DNA from: an uncultured Acidimicrobiia bacterium
Lineage (GTDB): Bacteria; Actinomycetota; Acidimicrobiia; Acidimicrobiales; AC-14
NCBI GenBank assembly: GCA_963836205.1
Contig: CAWIIV010000008.1
Location: 1-64,000, forward strand
Reading direction: 5' to 3'
DNA length: 64,000 bases
Part shown: in pieces, positions 9,736-19,724 of the stretch
Layout: the number at the start of each line of letters is the position of its first letter
How positions within the stretch are numbered: the first letter of the stretch is position 1
Position numbers and translations under genes: made by a program
Notes under the pieces: generated by a model
Told to the model about the DNA's origin: nothing
The model's database searches: none
The model's input: the letters and a program-made list of their open reading frames with translations, nothing else

Positions 9736-10056
9736 TCAGGCCGGGTCGGAGGGGTCGCCCGGGTCGGCGGTGTCGACCGCCTCCATGCCCGTCATGTGGA
9801 GGTCGAAGGGGAAGGCGTTCTCCACCTGGGCCTGGGCCCGGGCCTCGTCGAGGATCTTGCTGGGGGACTCCCCCGTGACCAGGCCGAGCATGAGGGCGGC
9901 GGTGGTGAGCTGCCCGGTGAGCTGGCCTTCGGCGTAGCCGTTGCGGTAGTCGACCGTCTCCACCTCGGGCGCCGACTGCGACATCGTGTACTCACGCGCC
10001 CCTGCCCGCTGGAGGATGCTGCGGCACATCATCTCGATTTCCTGCAACGGCTCCAC
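9736..10056 (-). CDS. Hypothetical protein
   Basis: GGAGG RBS before the GTG start; strong codon bias; 4 nt from the next gene. Confidence 0.7.
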   Translation of the reverse strand: MEPLQEIEMMCRSILQRAGAREYTMSQSAPEVETVDYRNGYAEGQLTGQLTTAALMLGLVTGESPSKILDEARAQAQVENAFPFDLHMTGMEAVDTADPGDPSDPA

Positions 10057-10096
10057 GGTGCCTCCTCGCTGGCGGTGCTACGCCGACGCTAACCGT

Positions 10097-10315
10097 TCAG
10101 AAGAACCCGCCCGGGAAGCTGTAGTAGTCGGTGGGCTCGTAGTCGCCGTCGTCGACCACCCGGTGGGACTGGGCCGCGAAGGCGTTCGGCCCCGGCGGCC
10201 ACAACACCTTGACCGCCCCCGTCTCGTCGTCCCACTCGGCGGCCAGCGCCCGGCGGGGAGCGCCGTCGACCGAGATCTCGACCTCCTGGAGGGATCGGAG
10301 CTTGTGCCAGGCCAT
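10097..10315 (-). CDS. Small hypothetical protein
   Basis: MAWHKLRSLQEVEISVDG...FPGGFF, co-oriented with the two downstream genes. Confidence 0.55.
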   Translation of the reverse strand: MAWHKLRSLQEVEISVDGAPRRALAAEWDDETGAVKVLWPPGPNAFAAQSHRVVDDGDYEPTDYYSFPGGFF

Positions 10316-10454
10316 GAGGTGGCACCGAGGATAGGCAGGTTTTCGTAAGGCCCGACCGCCCCCGGCGCTCCCATCCCCGTGGAAACGATCAGCCGCACCC
10401 AGCTGTGACGTGGGCACCCGACGCGAGCACCGGGCCCAGCCATACCATCGAGGA

Positions 10455-11966
10455 GTGGACGACGCCACGCTCGTCCAGCAGGCGGTCGACGGCGACCGCC
10501 AGGCCTTCGCGGCCATCTACGACCGCTACGCGCCCCGGATCCACGACTTCCTCCGGTCGATGCTGCGCGACCCGGACGAGGCCGCCGACGCCCTCCAGGA
10601 CACCTTCCTGGTGGCCGGCGCCCGTCTCCACCAGCTGCGCGACCCGGAACGACTCCGGCCGTGGCTCTACGCCATCGCCCGCCACCGGGGCCTTCGCTCG
10701 ATCGAGCGGCGGGCCCGTCACCGCCCGCTGGACGACGTCGAGGTGACCGCCACCGACCCCGATCCGGCCGACGTCGCCGCCGACGCCGGCGCGGGCGCCG
10801 ACCTGGCCGCCCTCGTCGCCGCCGCCGCCGACGGCCTCGGCCCCCGCGACCGGGTGGTGCTCGACCTCCACATGCGCCAGGGCCTCGACGGCCAGGACCT
10901 GGGCGACGCCATCGGCGTCAGCGCCAGCCACGCGTATGTCCTGGTCAGCCGCCTGCGGGATCAGGTGGAACGGTCGCTGGGCGCGCTGCTGGTGGCCCGC
11001 ATGGGTCGGGAGGAGTGTCCCGAGCTGGCCACAGTGCTCTCCGGTTGGGATGGCCGCTTCACGCCTGTCTGGCGCAAGCGGGTCGCCCGGCACGCCGACG
11101 GGTGCGAGGTCTGTTCCGACCGCCGGACCCGTCTCCTCTCCCCCGCCGGGCTCCTGGGTGTCGCTCCCGCCTTCGCCCTGCCGGCGGGACTGCGGGACCG
11201 GGTCCTGGGTGAGCTCGAGCTCTGCAGCCACACCGGGCGCCCGTGGGGGGGCGAGGACGGGTTCCCGCCGCCCCTCGCCGGCGCCTCCCGGCGGTGGCCG
11301 GCAGTGGTCGCGGGGGCGGTGGCCGCGGTCGTGCTGCTGGTGGGCGGCATCCTCGTGGGGGCCCAGCTGCTCGGCGAGGAGGAGCCGTCCACCGACGTGG
11401 CCGCGGGCTCGTCCACCTCCCGGGGTCCGGTCGTCGTGCCGGCGACCACGTCGACGACCGCCGAGCTCACCATCAACGGACCGTCCGGCACCGGCCCCAC
11501 GACGGTGCCGGCCGTCGTCGACCCCGACACCGACCCCGATCCGGGCCCGCCCACCCCGACCACCACGACCTCGCCGCCGACCCCCGACACCACGACCACC
11601 CTTCCGCCGCCGTCCGACACCACTCCCCCCGAGCTCACCAGCCCCAACCCCGTCCCGGCCAGCATCCGGGCCGTCACCCCGTGCGTGATCGGCAGCCCCC
11701 GGGCGTCGACGGTGAGCGTCACTGCCACCGACCGGTCCGGCATCGAGTCGGTCACCCTCGAGGTGGGCGGACCGTCCCCGTCGACGGTGGCGATGAACCC
11801 CGTCGGCCGGGGCGTCTACCAGGCGACCGTCGGTCCCCTCGCCGGGACGCCCGGTGTTTCCACGGCCACCGTCCCCCTGACGGCGCGGGCGACCGACGGC
11901 GTCGGGAACGTCGCCACGAGCGGCGGAGCCCTCGTCGTCCAGTGCGTGGTTCCCCCCTCTCCTTGA
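10455..11966 (+). CDS. ECF sigma-70 factor with fused zinc-binding region, TM helix and extracellular Pro/Thr-rich domain
   Basis: Region 2 GDRQAFAAIYDRY...DALQDTFL...RPWLYAIAR, region 4 LGPRDRVVLDL, C..L...HADGCEVC, TM AVVAGAVAAVVLLVGGILVG. Confidence 0.88.
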   Translation: MDDATLVQQAVDGDRQAFAAIYDRYAPRIHDFLRSMLRDPDEAADALQDTFLVAGARLHQLRDPERLRPWLYAIARHRGLRSIERRARHRPLDDVEVTATDPDPADVAADAGAGADLAALVAAAADGLGPRDRVVLDLHMRQGLDGQDLGDAIGVSASHAYVLVSRLRDQVERSLGALLVARMGREECPELATVLSGWDGRFTPVWRKRVARHADGCEVCSDRRTRLLSPAGLLGVAPAFALPAGLRDRVLGELELCSHTGRPWGGEDGFPPPLAGASRRWPAVVAGAVAAVVLLVGGILVGAQLLGEEEPSTDVAAGSSTSRGPVVVPATTSTTAELTINGPSGTGPTTVPAVVDPDTDPDPGPPTPTTTTSPPTPDTTTTLPPPSDTTPPELTSPNPVPASIRAVTPCVIGSPRASTVSVTATDRSGIESVTLEVGGPSPSTVAMNPVGRGVYQATVGPLAGTPGVSTATVPLTARATDGVGNVATSGGALVVQCVVPPSP

Positions 11967-12038
11967 CAGGCGGACCTTTCACACTCTAGAAGGTGCACCT
12001 AATATCTCATTAGAGGTAACCCGAAGGAGAGAGCCGTC

Positions 12039-13478
12039 GTGAAGCGAACTGTCGGAGTAATGCTGGTCGGGGCCATGGCCTTCGCCGGCTGCGGGTCGGA
12101 CGACGACAAGGCGGCCGATCCCACCCCCGCCGCCGGAGACGCGGTCATCGCCGGGCTGGACGAGTCGTTCGGCACCGACGGCGTGGCCCCGATCCCGCTG
12201 GCGGCGGCCGATGGCGACCGGTTGCTGTCGGTGACCGTCGGCAAGGACGGGAAGATCTACGGCGTCGGCTTCGTGGCCGCGGCCGGCGACCAGTCGATGG
12301 CCGTGGCCCGGGTCAAGGCCGACGGCAGCCTCGACACCACCTTCTCCGACGACGGCTTCGCCACCGTCAACGTCGCTCCCGGCGGCAAGGCGGTCGAGAC
12401 CTCCCGGGGCATCGCCGTCCAGTCCACCGGCAAGGTGGTCGTGGCCGGCGTCTTCGAGCACGACCCCGCCGCGGATGGCGACGCCGCCCGCGACACCGAC
12501 ATCGGCCTTTCCCGCTTCGACGCCACCGGCAAGCTCGACGCCACCTTCGGCACCGCCGGCACCACCAAGGTCGACCTCAGCACCGGCCTGATCATCCCCC
12601 CCGCAGCGGGGGCGACCACCACCACGGCCAGCGTGGTGGGCGACACCATGTACGGCCTCACCGTCCTCCCCGACGACCGCCTGGTCGCAGTGGGTGCCAA
12701 GCCGGCGGAGGGCGAAGGCCGCACCGACCTCGACTGGGCGCTGATGATGTTCACCGCCGACGGGGTCCTCGACCCGACGTTCGCCACCGGCGGCGTGCTC
12801 ACCATCGACGTCGCCGGCGGCCACGAGAGCCCGCGGCAGGCGCTCGTGCAGCCCGACGGCAAGATCGTGATGTCCGGCTACACCCGCAACACGGCCACGC
12901 CCCCCGTGGTGGTGCCCTCCCTCGTCCGGATCCTGCCCAACGGCACCCTCGACACGTCGTTCGGGACGAGCGGCATCGCCCAGGCCCAGCTCCTGCCGGC
13001 GGTGGCCGAGGCCTACGAAGTCGGCATGCAGGGCGACGCCTACGTCATCACCGGCTACGGCCGGGCCACGGCCGAGGAGAAGGTCGACCTCATCGCCGCC
13101 CGCTTCACCGCCAACGGGACGTGGGACAAGACCTTCGGCACCGACGGCCTGGTCCGCATCAACATCGCCAACGACGACGACCGGGGCCGTGACCTGGTCG
13201 CCCTGCCCGACGGCCGGATCCTCATCGCCGGAAGCGGCAAGCCCGACGCCACCAACATCAACGCCATGCTCGTCCTGCTCGAGGAGGACGGCGCCCTCGA
13301 CACCGGCTTCGGCACGGGCGGCATCCTCCAGGTCGACCTGGGTGGGCCGGCCGACTCCTTCTTCGGCGTCGCCCTCACCGCCGACGGCAAGCACGCCATC
13401 GTCGCCGGCTACAAGGGTGCCGAGCCCACGACGGGCGACGACGCGGTGATCGCCCGGGTGGCCATCTCCGCCACCTGA
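12039..13478 (+). CDS. Lipoprotein with delta-60 repeats (beta-propeller)
   Basis: Lipobox AFAGC; repeated LD.TFG/DGKIV motifs; GGAGAG RBS. Confidence 0.85.
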   Translation: MKRTVGVMLVGAMAFAGCGSDDDKAADPTPAAGDAVIAGLDESFGTDGVAPIPLAAADGDRLLSVTVGKDGKIYGVGFVAAAGDQSMAVARVKADGSLDTTFSDDGFATVNVAPGGKAVETSRGIAVQSTGKVVVAGVFEHDPAADGDAARDTDIGLSRFDATGKLDATFGTAGTTKVDLSTGLIIPPAAGATTTTASVVGDTMYGLTVLPDDRLVAVGAKPAEGEGRTDLDWALMMFTADGVLDPTFATGGVLTIDVAGGHESPRQALVQPDGKIVMSGYTRNTATPPVVVPSLVRILPNGTLDTSFGTSGIAQAQLLPAVAEAYEVGMQGDAYVITGYGRATAEEKVDLIAARFTANGTWDKTFGTDGLVRINIANDDDRGRDLVALPDGRILIAGSGKPDATNINAMLVLLEEDGALDTGFGTGGILQVDLGGPADSFFGVALTADGKHAIVAGYKGAEPTTGDDAVIARVAISAT

Positions 13479-13588
13479 GCCCCCTCGGAGGCCGTCGACC
13501 CGTGCCCCGCGTGTTGCACACGCGACACGGGTTGGCGGCCGGGCGAGCGACGGACGAGCCGTACGCCCGTCCCGGCGGCGACCGGTCT

Positions 13589-13831
13589 CTAGTCGAGCTC
13601 GTCGCTGTAGGGCACCGGGTGGTCGGAGCCCTGGTCGACGAAGCGCTCGTTGAGGGCGTGGGCCAGGATGTCGTAGCCGACGGCTCCCGTCGGCGTGCCC
13701 CGCAGGTAGGCCCGCAGCACGCTGGGCGGCGCATTGCCCCCCAGGGCCATGTAGGCCAGCCACAACTCGTCCACCGACATCCCCGCCAGGGCGCGCGCCG
13801 ACTCGACGATCTCGTAGGCGGGCACGCTCAC
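13589..13831 (-). CDS. Conserved small hypothetical protein coupled to the GAF-ANTAR gene
   Basis: GMSVDELWLAYMALGGNA...LAHALNERF; GTGA overlap with the upstream gene. Confidence 0.7.
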   Translation of the reverse strand: MSVPAYEIVESARALAGMSVDELWLAYMALGGNAPPSVLRAYLRGTPTGAVGYDILAHALNERFVDQGSDHPVPYSDELD

Positions 13832-14556
13832 GCCCCTAGCTGTGGACCGCGCCGCGCTTCCACCCGCTGCACAAGTTCTTCGGCCAGGTCCCGCAGCTTA
13901 CGGTTCTCCCGCTGGGACGCCCGCCGGAGGATGTCGAAGGCCTCGTCGCGGTTGCAGCTCTGGCGCTCCATGATGATGCCCTTGGCCTCGCCGATGATCT
14001 CCCGGCTGGCGAGGGCGGCCCGCAGCTGCTCGTTCAGGTTGGTCGCCCCGATGAGCGCCAGGGCATTGCCCAGCAGGATGGCGGCGTGCTCCCCCACGAT
14101 CTCCGCCGTGCGCTGCTCCGTCTCCCCGAAGGCGCCGCTGTCGCGGGAGTAGATGTTGAGGGCCCCGATGGCGGCGTCGGGGGCGCCGACGAGCGGGGTG
14201 GACAGGACGGTGGCGATGCCGAGCTCCCTGGCCTTGTCACGCACCTTGGGCCACCGGTCGCCATCGCCGGCGACGTCGACCTCGACCTGGCGGCCGGTCC
14301 GCAGTGCCTCGAGGCATGGCCCGTCGTCGCCCTCGTACTGGGCCTCGTCGATGGCCAGAGCCTCGGCGCCGGTGGAGTTGGAGGTCCGGAAGCGACCGTT
14401 GTCGGCCACGGTGATGCTCACGGCATGAGCCGGGCCCACGGTGTGGAGGGCGAGGTGCGCCACCCTCTCGAGCAACTGGTCGAGCGCGACCTCGTCGACG
14501 GCCGCGCCCAATCCGAGCACGCGCTCGGTGGCGCGGTCGTCGTTCGCTTCACCCAC
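13828..14556 (-). CDS. GAF and ANTAR domain protein
   Basis: QYEGDDGPCLEA, GALNIYS, ALASREIIGEAKGIIM...AFDILRRASQRENRKLRDLA. Confidence 0.92.
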   Translation of the reverse strand: MGEANDDRATERVLGLGAAVDEVALDQLLERVAHLALHTVGPAHAVSITVADNGRFRTSNSTGAEALAIDEAQYEGDDGPCLEALRTGRQVEVDVAGDGDRWPKVRDKARELGIATVLSTPLVGAPDAAIGALNIYSRDSGAFGETEQRTAEIVGEHAAILLGNALALIGATNLNEQLRAALASREIIGEAKGIIMERQSCNRDEAFDILRRASQRENRKLRDLAEELVQRVEARRGPQLGA

Positions 14557-14766
14557 AGGTCGGCTCTCCCGGCATGGCGCGAGTGGGGTTCCGAGGCAGG
14601 GTGCGTGACCCTGGCCCTCGGCGTCGAGGCCGCTTCTTCGACCGATGGATGAGCGAGCTGATCGTACCCCCCGCTGGTAGGTTCAACCTTCGCCTGCGGC
14701 CTGACCGCCATCGAGAGGTCGTCCTTTCTCCCGGTGGGTATGGGCTCCGCTAGGTTGAGCCCGGCT

Positions 14767-17705
14767 ATGCCCCGCATCGAAATCGAGCTGACCAGCGCAC
14801 GCCCCGACGGAACCTGGACCTGGCGCGCCGCCGGGGCCAAGCAGCCGAGGGGGACGCTCGACGCAACCGTGCTCCCCGGCGGGGCCAAGGTGGGCGACGT
14901 CCTGCGGGCGGAGGCCGACATCGACATCGACGGCATCACCGTCCGGTCGACGACCCCGCTATCGCAGAAGAAGGTGGCCGCGCCCGTCGAGCGGATCGAG
15001 ATCATCGGCTCGGGACGGGAGGAGCCGCCCGTCACCACCAACATGCGGGGCGGCGTGGAGGCGGGGGGGAGCGGGGCCGGCGAGGCGATCGCGATCAGGA
15101 TCGGGGACGCGACCGCGATCGGCCCGGCCGTCCGGGAGGACGGGGTCCGGGCGGGGCCGGCGGTCCTGGTCGCCCAGGCGGTCCGGGCGGTCCGGGCGGT
15201 GCCGGCGGTCCTGGTCGGCCCGGTGGTCCGGGTGGTCCGGGCGGTGCCGGCGGTCCTGGTCGACCGGGTGGTCCGGGTGGTCCGTTCCGGCGGCCGGAGG
15301 GTGCTGGCGGTCCTGGTCGACCGGGTGGTGCTGGTGGTCCGGGCGGTCCCGGCGGGCCGTCCCGCCGGCCGGAGGGCGCGGGTGGGCCGCGGCCCACCGA
15401 TCGGTCGGATCGTCCTGACCGGCCCCGGCGCGAGGCTCGCCCCGACGACGGCAGCCGCCCGCCGGGCGACGCCGCCCATGCCGGCCGTGATCGACCCGGG
15501 CGCGACCGGCCCGTGGGCGACCGTCCGGTTGGAAGCCGGCCCGCAGGTGAACGTTCGGGTCCCGGCCGTCCTGCCGGCGATCGCCCGGGCGGTGGCGACC
15601 GGCCGCGGGGCGAACGTCCCTCCGGCGACCGGGGGCGAGGCGCCGCCCATCCCCCCGAGCCGCCCAAGCCCAAGGCCAAGCGGCTGCAGCCGGGCCGCGC
15701 CTACCGCGACGCGGTGCTGGCCGAGCTGTCGCCGGAGCGCAAGGCGGTGGCGGAGCAGATCCTGCGGGGCGGAATCCCCGCCGTCCGCCAGGCGGTCGAG
15801 GAGCAGAACGCCCAGGCCCGGGAGGTCGGCGGCCCCGAGATCAAGGCCGACGCCCTGCTAGCGGTGGCGGAGGAGCTTCTCCCCGCGCTGCGGGCGGCGG
15901 AGTGGCGCGACCGGGCCGAGGCCGCGGTCGTCGTGGTCGACGAGATCAGCGTGCGCGACCTCCGAGCGGTGGTGAGCGGCTCCGACACCGCTCGCGACGA
16001 GGAGGGCCGGGCGCTGGCGGCCCAGCTGCGGGAGGCGCTCGATCGCCGGGCGGCGGCCGAGCGGCAGACGTGGGTCGACGAGATCACGTCGTCGCTCGAC
16101 GACGGCCGGGTGGTTCGGGCCCTGCGGATCAGCGGTCGCCCGCCCGAGCCCGGGCTGCGGTTCCCCGCCGAGCTGGCCAAGCGCCTGAGCGACGCCTCGG
16201 GCGAGGCGTTGGCCCCCGACACCACGCCCGACCGGTGGGCCGCCGTGCTGGAGGCGGTGGTGGCGTCGCCCGTCCGCCGCACGATCACGCCCCGCGGGTT
16301 GCCGGCCGAGCCGGGCGAGGCCCTCACCAAGGCGTTGCGCCTGGCCGCGCCCCGAGTGCCCGCCATCGCCGCCCTCCTGGGCGACACCCCCGGCGCGCCG
16401 CCCCGCCGTCCCACCCGTCCGACCACACCTCGCGGCCCCGGCGGAGCCGGCCCCGGAGGGCGCGGGGGTCCTGGCTCTGGTTCTGGGCCAGGTCGTCCCC
16501 CCGGCCGTCCCGCCACCCCCCCGCCCGGCCGCCCCGGCCCCCCGCCGCCCCCGAGGGCCGCCGTCCCTGGACCCGACCCCGCCGCCAAGGCATCCGCGGG
16601 CACCGCCCCACCGGAGAGCGGAGTCGCTCAGGCTGGAACCACCGCGTCGCCCGAAGCTGCCGCGCCGCCCGAGGGTGCAGCGCCGGCCGAGACGCCGGCG
16701 CCATCAGAGGCCCTCACCCCAGCCGGGCTCGCCGCCGCGGACCCCGTGACCGGCGCAATGCCCGAGCCCGTCGCCGCGGAGCCCGGGACCGGCGCAATGC
16801 CCGAGCCCGTCGCCGCGGACACCCGGACCGGCGCAATGCCCGAGCCCGTCGCCGCGGAGCCCGAGACCGGCGCAGTGCCCGAGGCCGTCGCCGCGGAGCC
16901 CGAGACCGGCGCAGTATCCGATCCGGTCGCCACGGAACCCGAGACCGGCGCCGTACCCGACGCTGTCGGCACGGAACCCGAGACCGGTGGAGTGCCCGAG
17001 GCCGTCGCCGCGGAGCCCGAGACCGGTGGAGTGCCCGAGCCCGTCGCCGTGGAGCCCGAGACCGGTGCAGTGCCCGAGGCCGTCGCCGCGGAACCCGAGA
17101 CCGGCGCAGTGCCCGACCCCGTCATCGTGGAACCCGAGACCGGTGCAGTACCCGAGACGGTCGCCACGGAGCCCGAGACAGGCGCGGTGCCCGATCCCTT
17201 CGCCGCCGAGCCCGAAACCGGTGCCCTGCCCGAGACCGTCAGCGGTGTCCCCGAGACCGGTGGGTCGCCCGGCGGAGTAGCGCCGGCGGAGGACATCTCG
17301 TCCGCGGTCGCGGGTTATGACCCCGGGCCGGCACCGGGGACGCTCCGGGTCACCGCCGTCGCCGAGGTCCTCCCGCCCGAATCCGAAACCGATGCCCAGA
17401 CCCTCGAGGTCGCCGGGCCCGGGCCGGTTCCCGTCGCACCCGAGATCGTCACAAACGAGCGTGAGGCCGCCGCCCACGACGAGGCCCCCTGGTCCGACCC
17501 GACCCCGGACGCTTCCCGGAGCGAGTCGGAGCTCTCCGCTCTCGCGGTCGGATCAGCGGCGCCTCCGACGACAGCCGAGAGGGTGACGGAACGGCGTGAC
17601 GACGGCTCCGAGCCACCGGGGGTGCCGGTGGAGGCAGCTCCGGAGGAGAGCGTCTCGGTTTCGGCCGGGGATGCGGCCGTCGACGACAACAACCGTCCGG
17701 CCTAA
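14767..17705 (+). CDS. Large low-complexity hypothetical protein (frameshift near 15050)
   Basis: N-terminal RIEIELTSARPDGTWTWRAAGAKQPRG domain, frameshift in a G run, RG/PG-rich linker, helical core (EQILRGGIPAVRQA, AEWRDRAEAA), acidic 13-aa repeats. Confidence 0.72.
16731..17265 (+). repeat. 39-bp coding tandem repeat (PEPVAAEPETGAV), about 13-14 copies
   Basis: Repeated gccgcggagcccgagaccggcgcagtgcccgag units. Confidence 0.9.
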
Positions 17706-17823
17706 CGACGATGTCGGTGCACGAAGCATTTGGATCACTCGAAACGTCGTGAAAGAGCCCATTTTGGGTCCGATCACGACGATTCCGATGCACGGAACAT
17801 TCGGATCACGCAAAGCGTCGTGA
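17705..17823. repeat. Two 48-bp imperfect palindromic direct repeats (REP-like), 71-bp period
   Basis: 17705-17752 and 17776-17823 match at 39/48 positions; each is bounded by ACGACG...CGTCGTGA. Confidence 0.8.
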
Positions 17824-17856
17824 CCCGCCCGCCGGCCGCCCGCCCGCCCTCCCCGA

Positions 17857-18267
17857 CTACGCGATGGTGGCGACGATGCCGTGTTCGTGGAGGAACTCCA
17901 GGAGGCCGTCGACCAGGTTGAGGTGGGAGACCTCGTCGAGGGGTACCCACGCCGCCTCGGCCGCGTCGCCGCCGGCCTTGGGGTCGGCCTCGTCGGGGCC
18001 GACGAGGACCGTCACCGCGAAGTCGAGGATCACGAAATGGTGCTCGTCGGAGATGCGTTCGACCCAGCCCACCATCCGGTCGCAGACGCCCTCCACGCCC
18101 GTCTCCTCCAGTAGCTCCCGCACGACGGCCTCGGCCAGCAGCTCACCCGCCTCCACCCGCCCGCCAGGGATCGACCACTCCCCCGCTGCCGGCCCGTGTC
18201 CCCGCCGCACGAGCAGCAACCGCCCTTCCTCCACCGCCACCGCCCCGACGCATACCTCGGCCCTCAC
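17857..18267 (-). CDS. NUDIX hydrolase
   Basis: Nudix box [24 protein letters not shown]. Confidence 0.92.
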   Translation of the reverse strand: MRAEVCVGAVAVEEGRLLLVRRGHGPAAGEWSIPGGRVEAGELLAEAVVRELLEETGVEGVCDRMVGWVERISDEHHFVILDFAVTVLVGPDEADPKAGGDAAEAAWVPLDEVSHLNLVDGLLEFLHEHGIVATIA

Positions 18268-18836
18268 AGCGCCTCCTCGGCCGCCGCCGCCGCCGCATCC
18301 GCATCCGCGCCAGCAGCGGCGTCGTCGCCCCGGTGGGTCGCGGCCTCGATGGCGGCGTCGACCGGGCGTTCCCGCAGCCACTTGTGGACCACGATCATGC
18401 GGGCGGTGAAGCCGAAGGTCTCGAAGAAGTTCTTGGTCGACCGGTTCCCCGGCAGGGCCGACGAGTCGATCCCGACGCAGTCCGCCTCCCGGCACCACTC
18501 GACGATGTCGTTCAACATGGCCTCGCCGACGCCCACCTCGCGCGCCTCGGGCTCCACGAAGATGTCGTCGACGACTCCCATGCGCCCGCCGTCGCGCAGG
18601 TCCTCGATCCGGGCCACCGCGTAGCCGATCACGGCGTCGTCGATCGTGCCGCACAGCACCCGGGTGTCGGGGTCGGCCAGGGCCGACTTGAAGCTGGCTT
18701 CGAGGGGCTCACCCCGGGCCTCGCGGGCGACGAACACGTCGCCCCCCTTCATGGGGAGCAACTCGTCGATGCCCAGCCGGGCCAGGTCGGCCAGCAGGGG
18801 CAGGTCGTCATCGGTCGCCGGCCGGCAGCCTTCCAT
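18264..18836 (-). CDS. GNAT N-acetyltransferase
   Basis: [16 protein letters not shown] acetyl-CoA motif, KNFFETFGF. Confidence 0.88.
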   Translation of the reverse strand: MEGCRPATDDDLPLLADLARLGIDELLPMKGGDVFVAREARGEPLEASFKSALADPDTRVLCGTIDDAVIGYAVARIEDLRDGGRMGVVDDIFVEPEAREVGVGEAMLNDIVEWCREADCVGIDSSALPGNRSTKNFFETFGFTARMIVVHKWLRERPVDAAIEAATHRGDDAAAGADADAAAAAAEEAL

Positions 18837-18877
18837 TCAGAGGAGTCTGCCAGGCCGGTGAGCGGCCCTCTGCAGGG

Positions 18878-19351
18878 TCAGACGCAGTCCCGGCAGAACA
18901 TGCGGGCGGGGTCGGCCAGCTGGCTCGGGTGCTTGACCAGGAAGCACGACTGGCACACGAACTCCCCCGGCCGCTTGGGGACCACCTTGGTGGAGCCCTC
19001 GGCCCGGTCGTCGGCGTCGGGAACCTCGTCGTCCTCGTCGTCCTGCTCGTCGACGACGACCAGGCGGTCCTTCAGGATGACGTCGAGGCCGGCCTCCACG
19101 TCGTCGGGATCGAGGTCGTCGTCGTCATCCTCGTCGTCGTCGTCGTCCTCGGCCGCAACCACCACCGCGATCGGGACCACGACGTCGTCGACCTCGTCCA
19201 CCACGGCCAAGTCGTCGTCGGCCGCGAGATCGTCGTCTTCCAGGCCTTCGTCGTCGTCGATGAGGTCGTCGTCCTCCAACGCCTCCAAATCGACCATGTC
19301 AGGATCGTCGGGCTCGACGACGTCTGCCAGGTCTTCTTCATCGTCAGCCAT
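18878..19351 (-). CDS. DUF4193-family acidic protein with C-terminal Cys4 motif
   Basis: Asp/Glu-rich body; PKRPGEFVCQSCFLVKHPSQL...CRDC. Confidence 0.82.
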   Translation of the reverse strand: MADDEEDLADVVEPDDPDMVDLEALEDDDLIDDDEGLEDDDLAADDDLAVVDEVDDVVVPIAVVVAAEDDDDDEDDDDDLDPDDVEAGLDVILKDRLVVVDEQDDEDDEVPDADDRAEGSTKVVPKRPGEFVCQSCFLVKHPSQLADPARMFCRDCV

Positions 19352-19724
19352 GCTGGCGGATCCCCTTCAGCGGTCTACGGGGCCGGGAGCATAGACCAGC
19401 CTCCGGGCCTTTCTCGTCGAGGTTGGAAACGCGGGATCCAGGGGACCTTTGGTGCCGCTCGGTAGCCCTCGCACCCCGGTCCGGTTGTGACCGGACCCTG
19501 GCACGGGGTTATCGGAACGTTGTCTACTTGGTCCCCCGAATCCGCGCTTGCCCTTCGACCGCCCCCTCCGCGGCATCACCGCCGAAGCGGTGATCCCGAG
19601 GCCCACGACCTGGGGGTTTGGGGCGCCGTGGACTGGCCGTAAGTTGCCCCATCCGGGGGGAGGGCGCAAGCCACCCGACGACCCTCCTGACCAGCCAAGT
19701 TCCGCGTCGTCGCAGGTCAGAGGC

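Noticed and set aside
11967-12038. IdeR/DtxR or Zur box upstream of the delta-60 lipoprotein
   Set aside because: Only a half-site (ACCTAA) matches; insufficient for a call
16731-17265. 39-bp repeats as a CRISPR array
   Set aside because: Contiguous in-frame coding repeats without unique spacers; no cas genes
19352-19724. 370-bp intergenic region with small hairpins as an ncRNA
   Set aside because: No recognisable RNA family; the short hairpins are expected at this GC content; probably the promoter region of the DUF4193 gene
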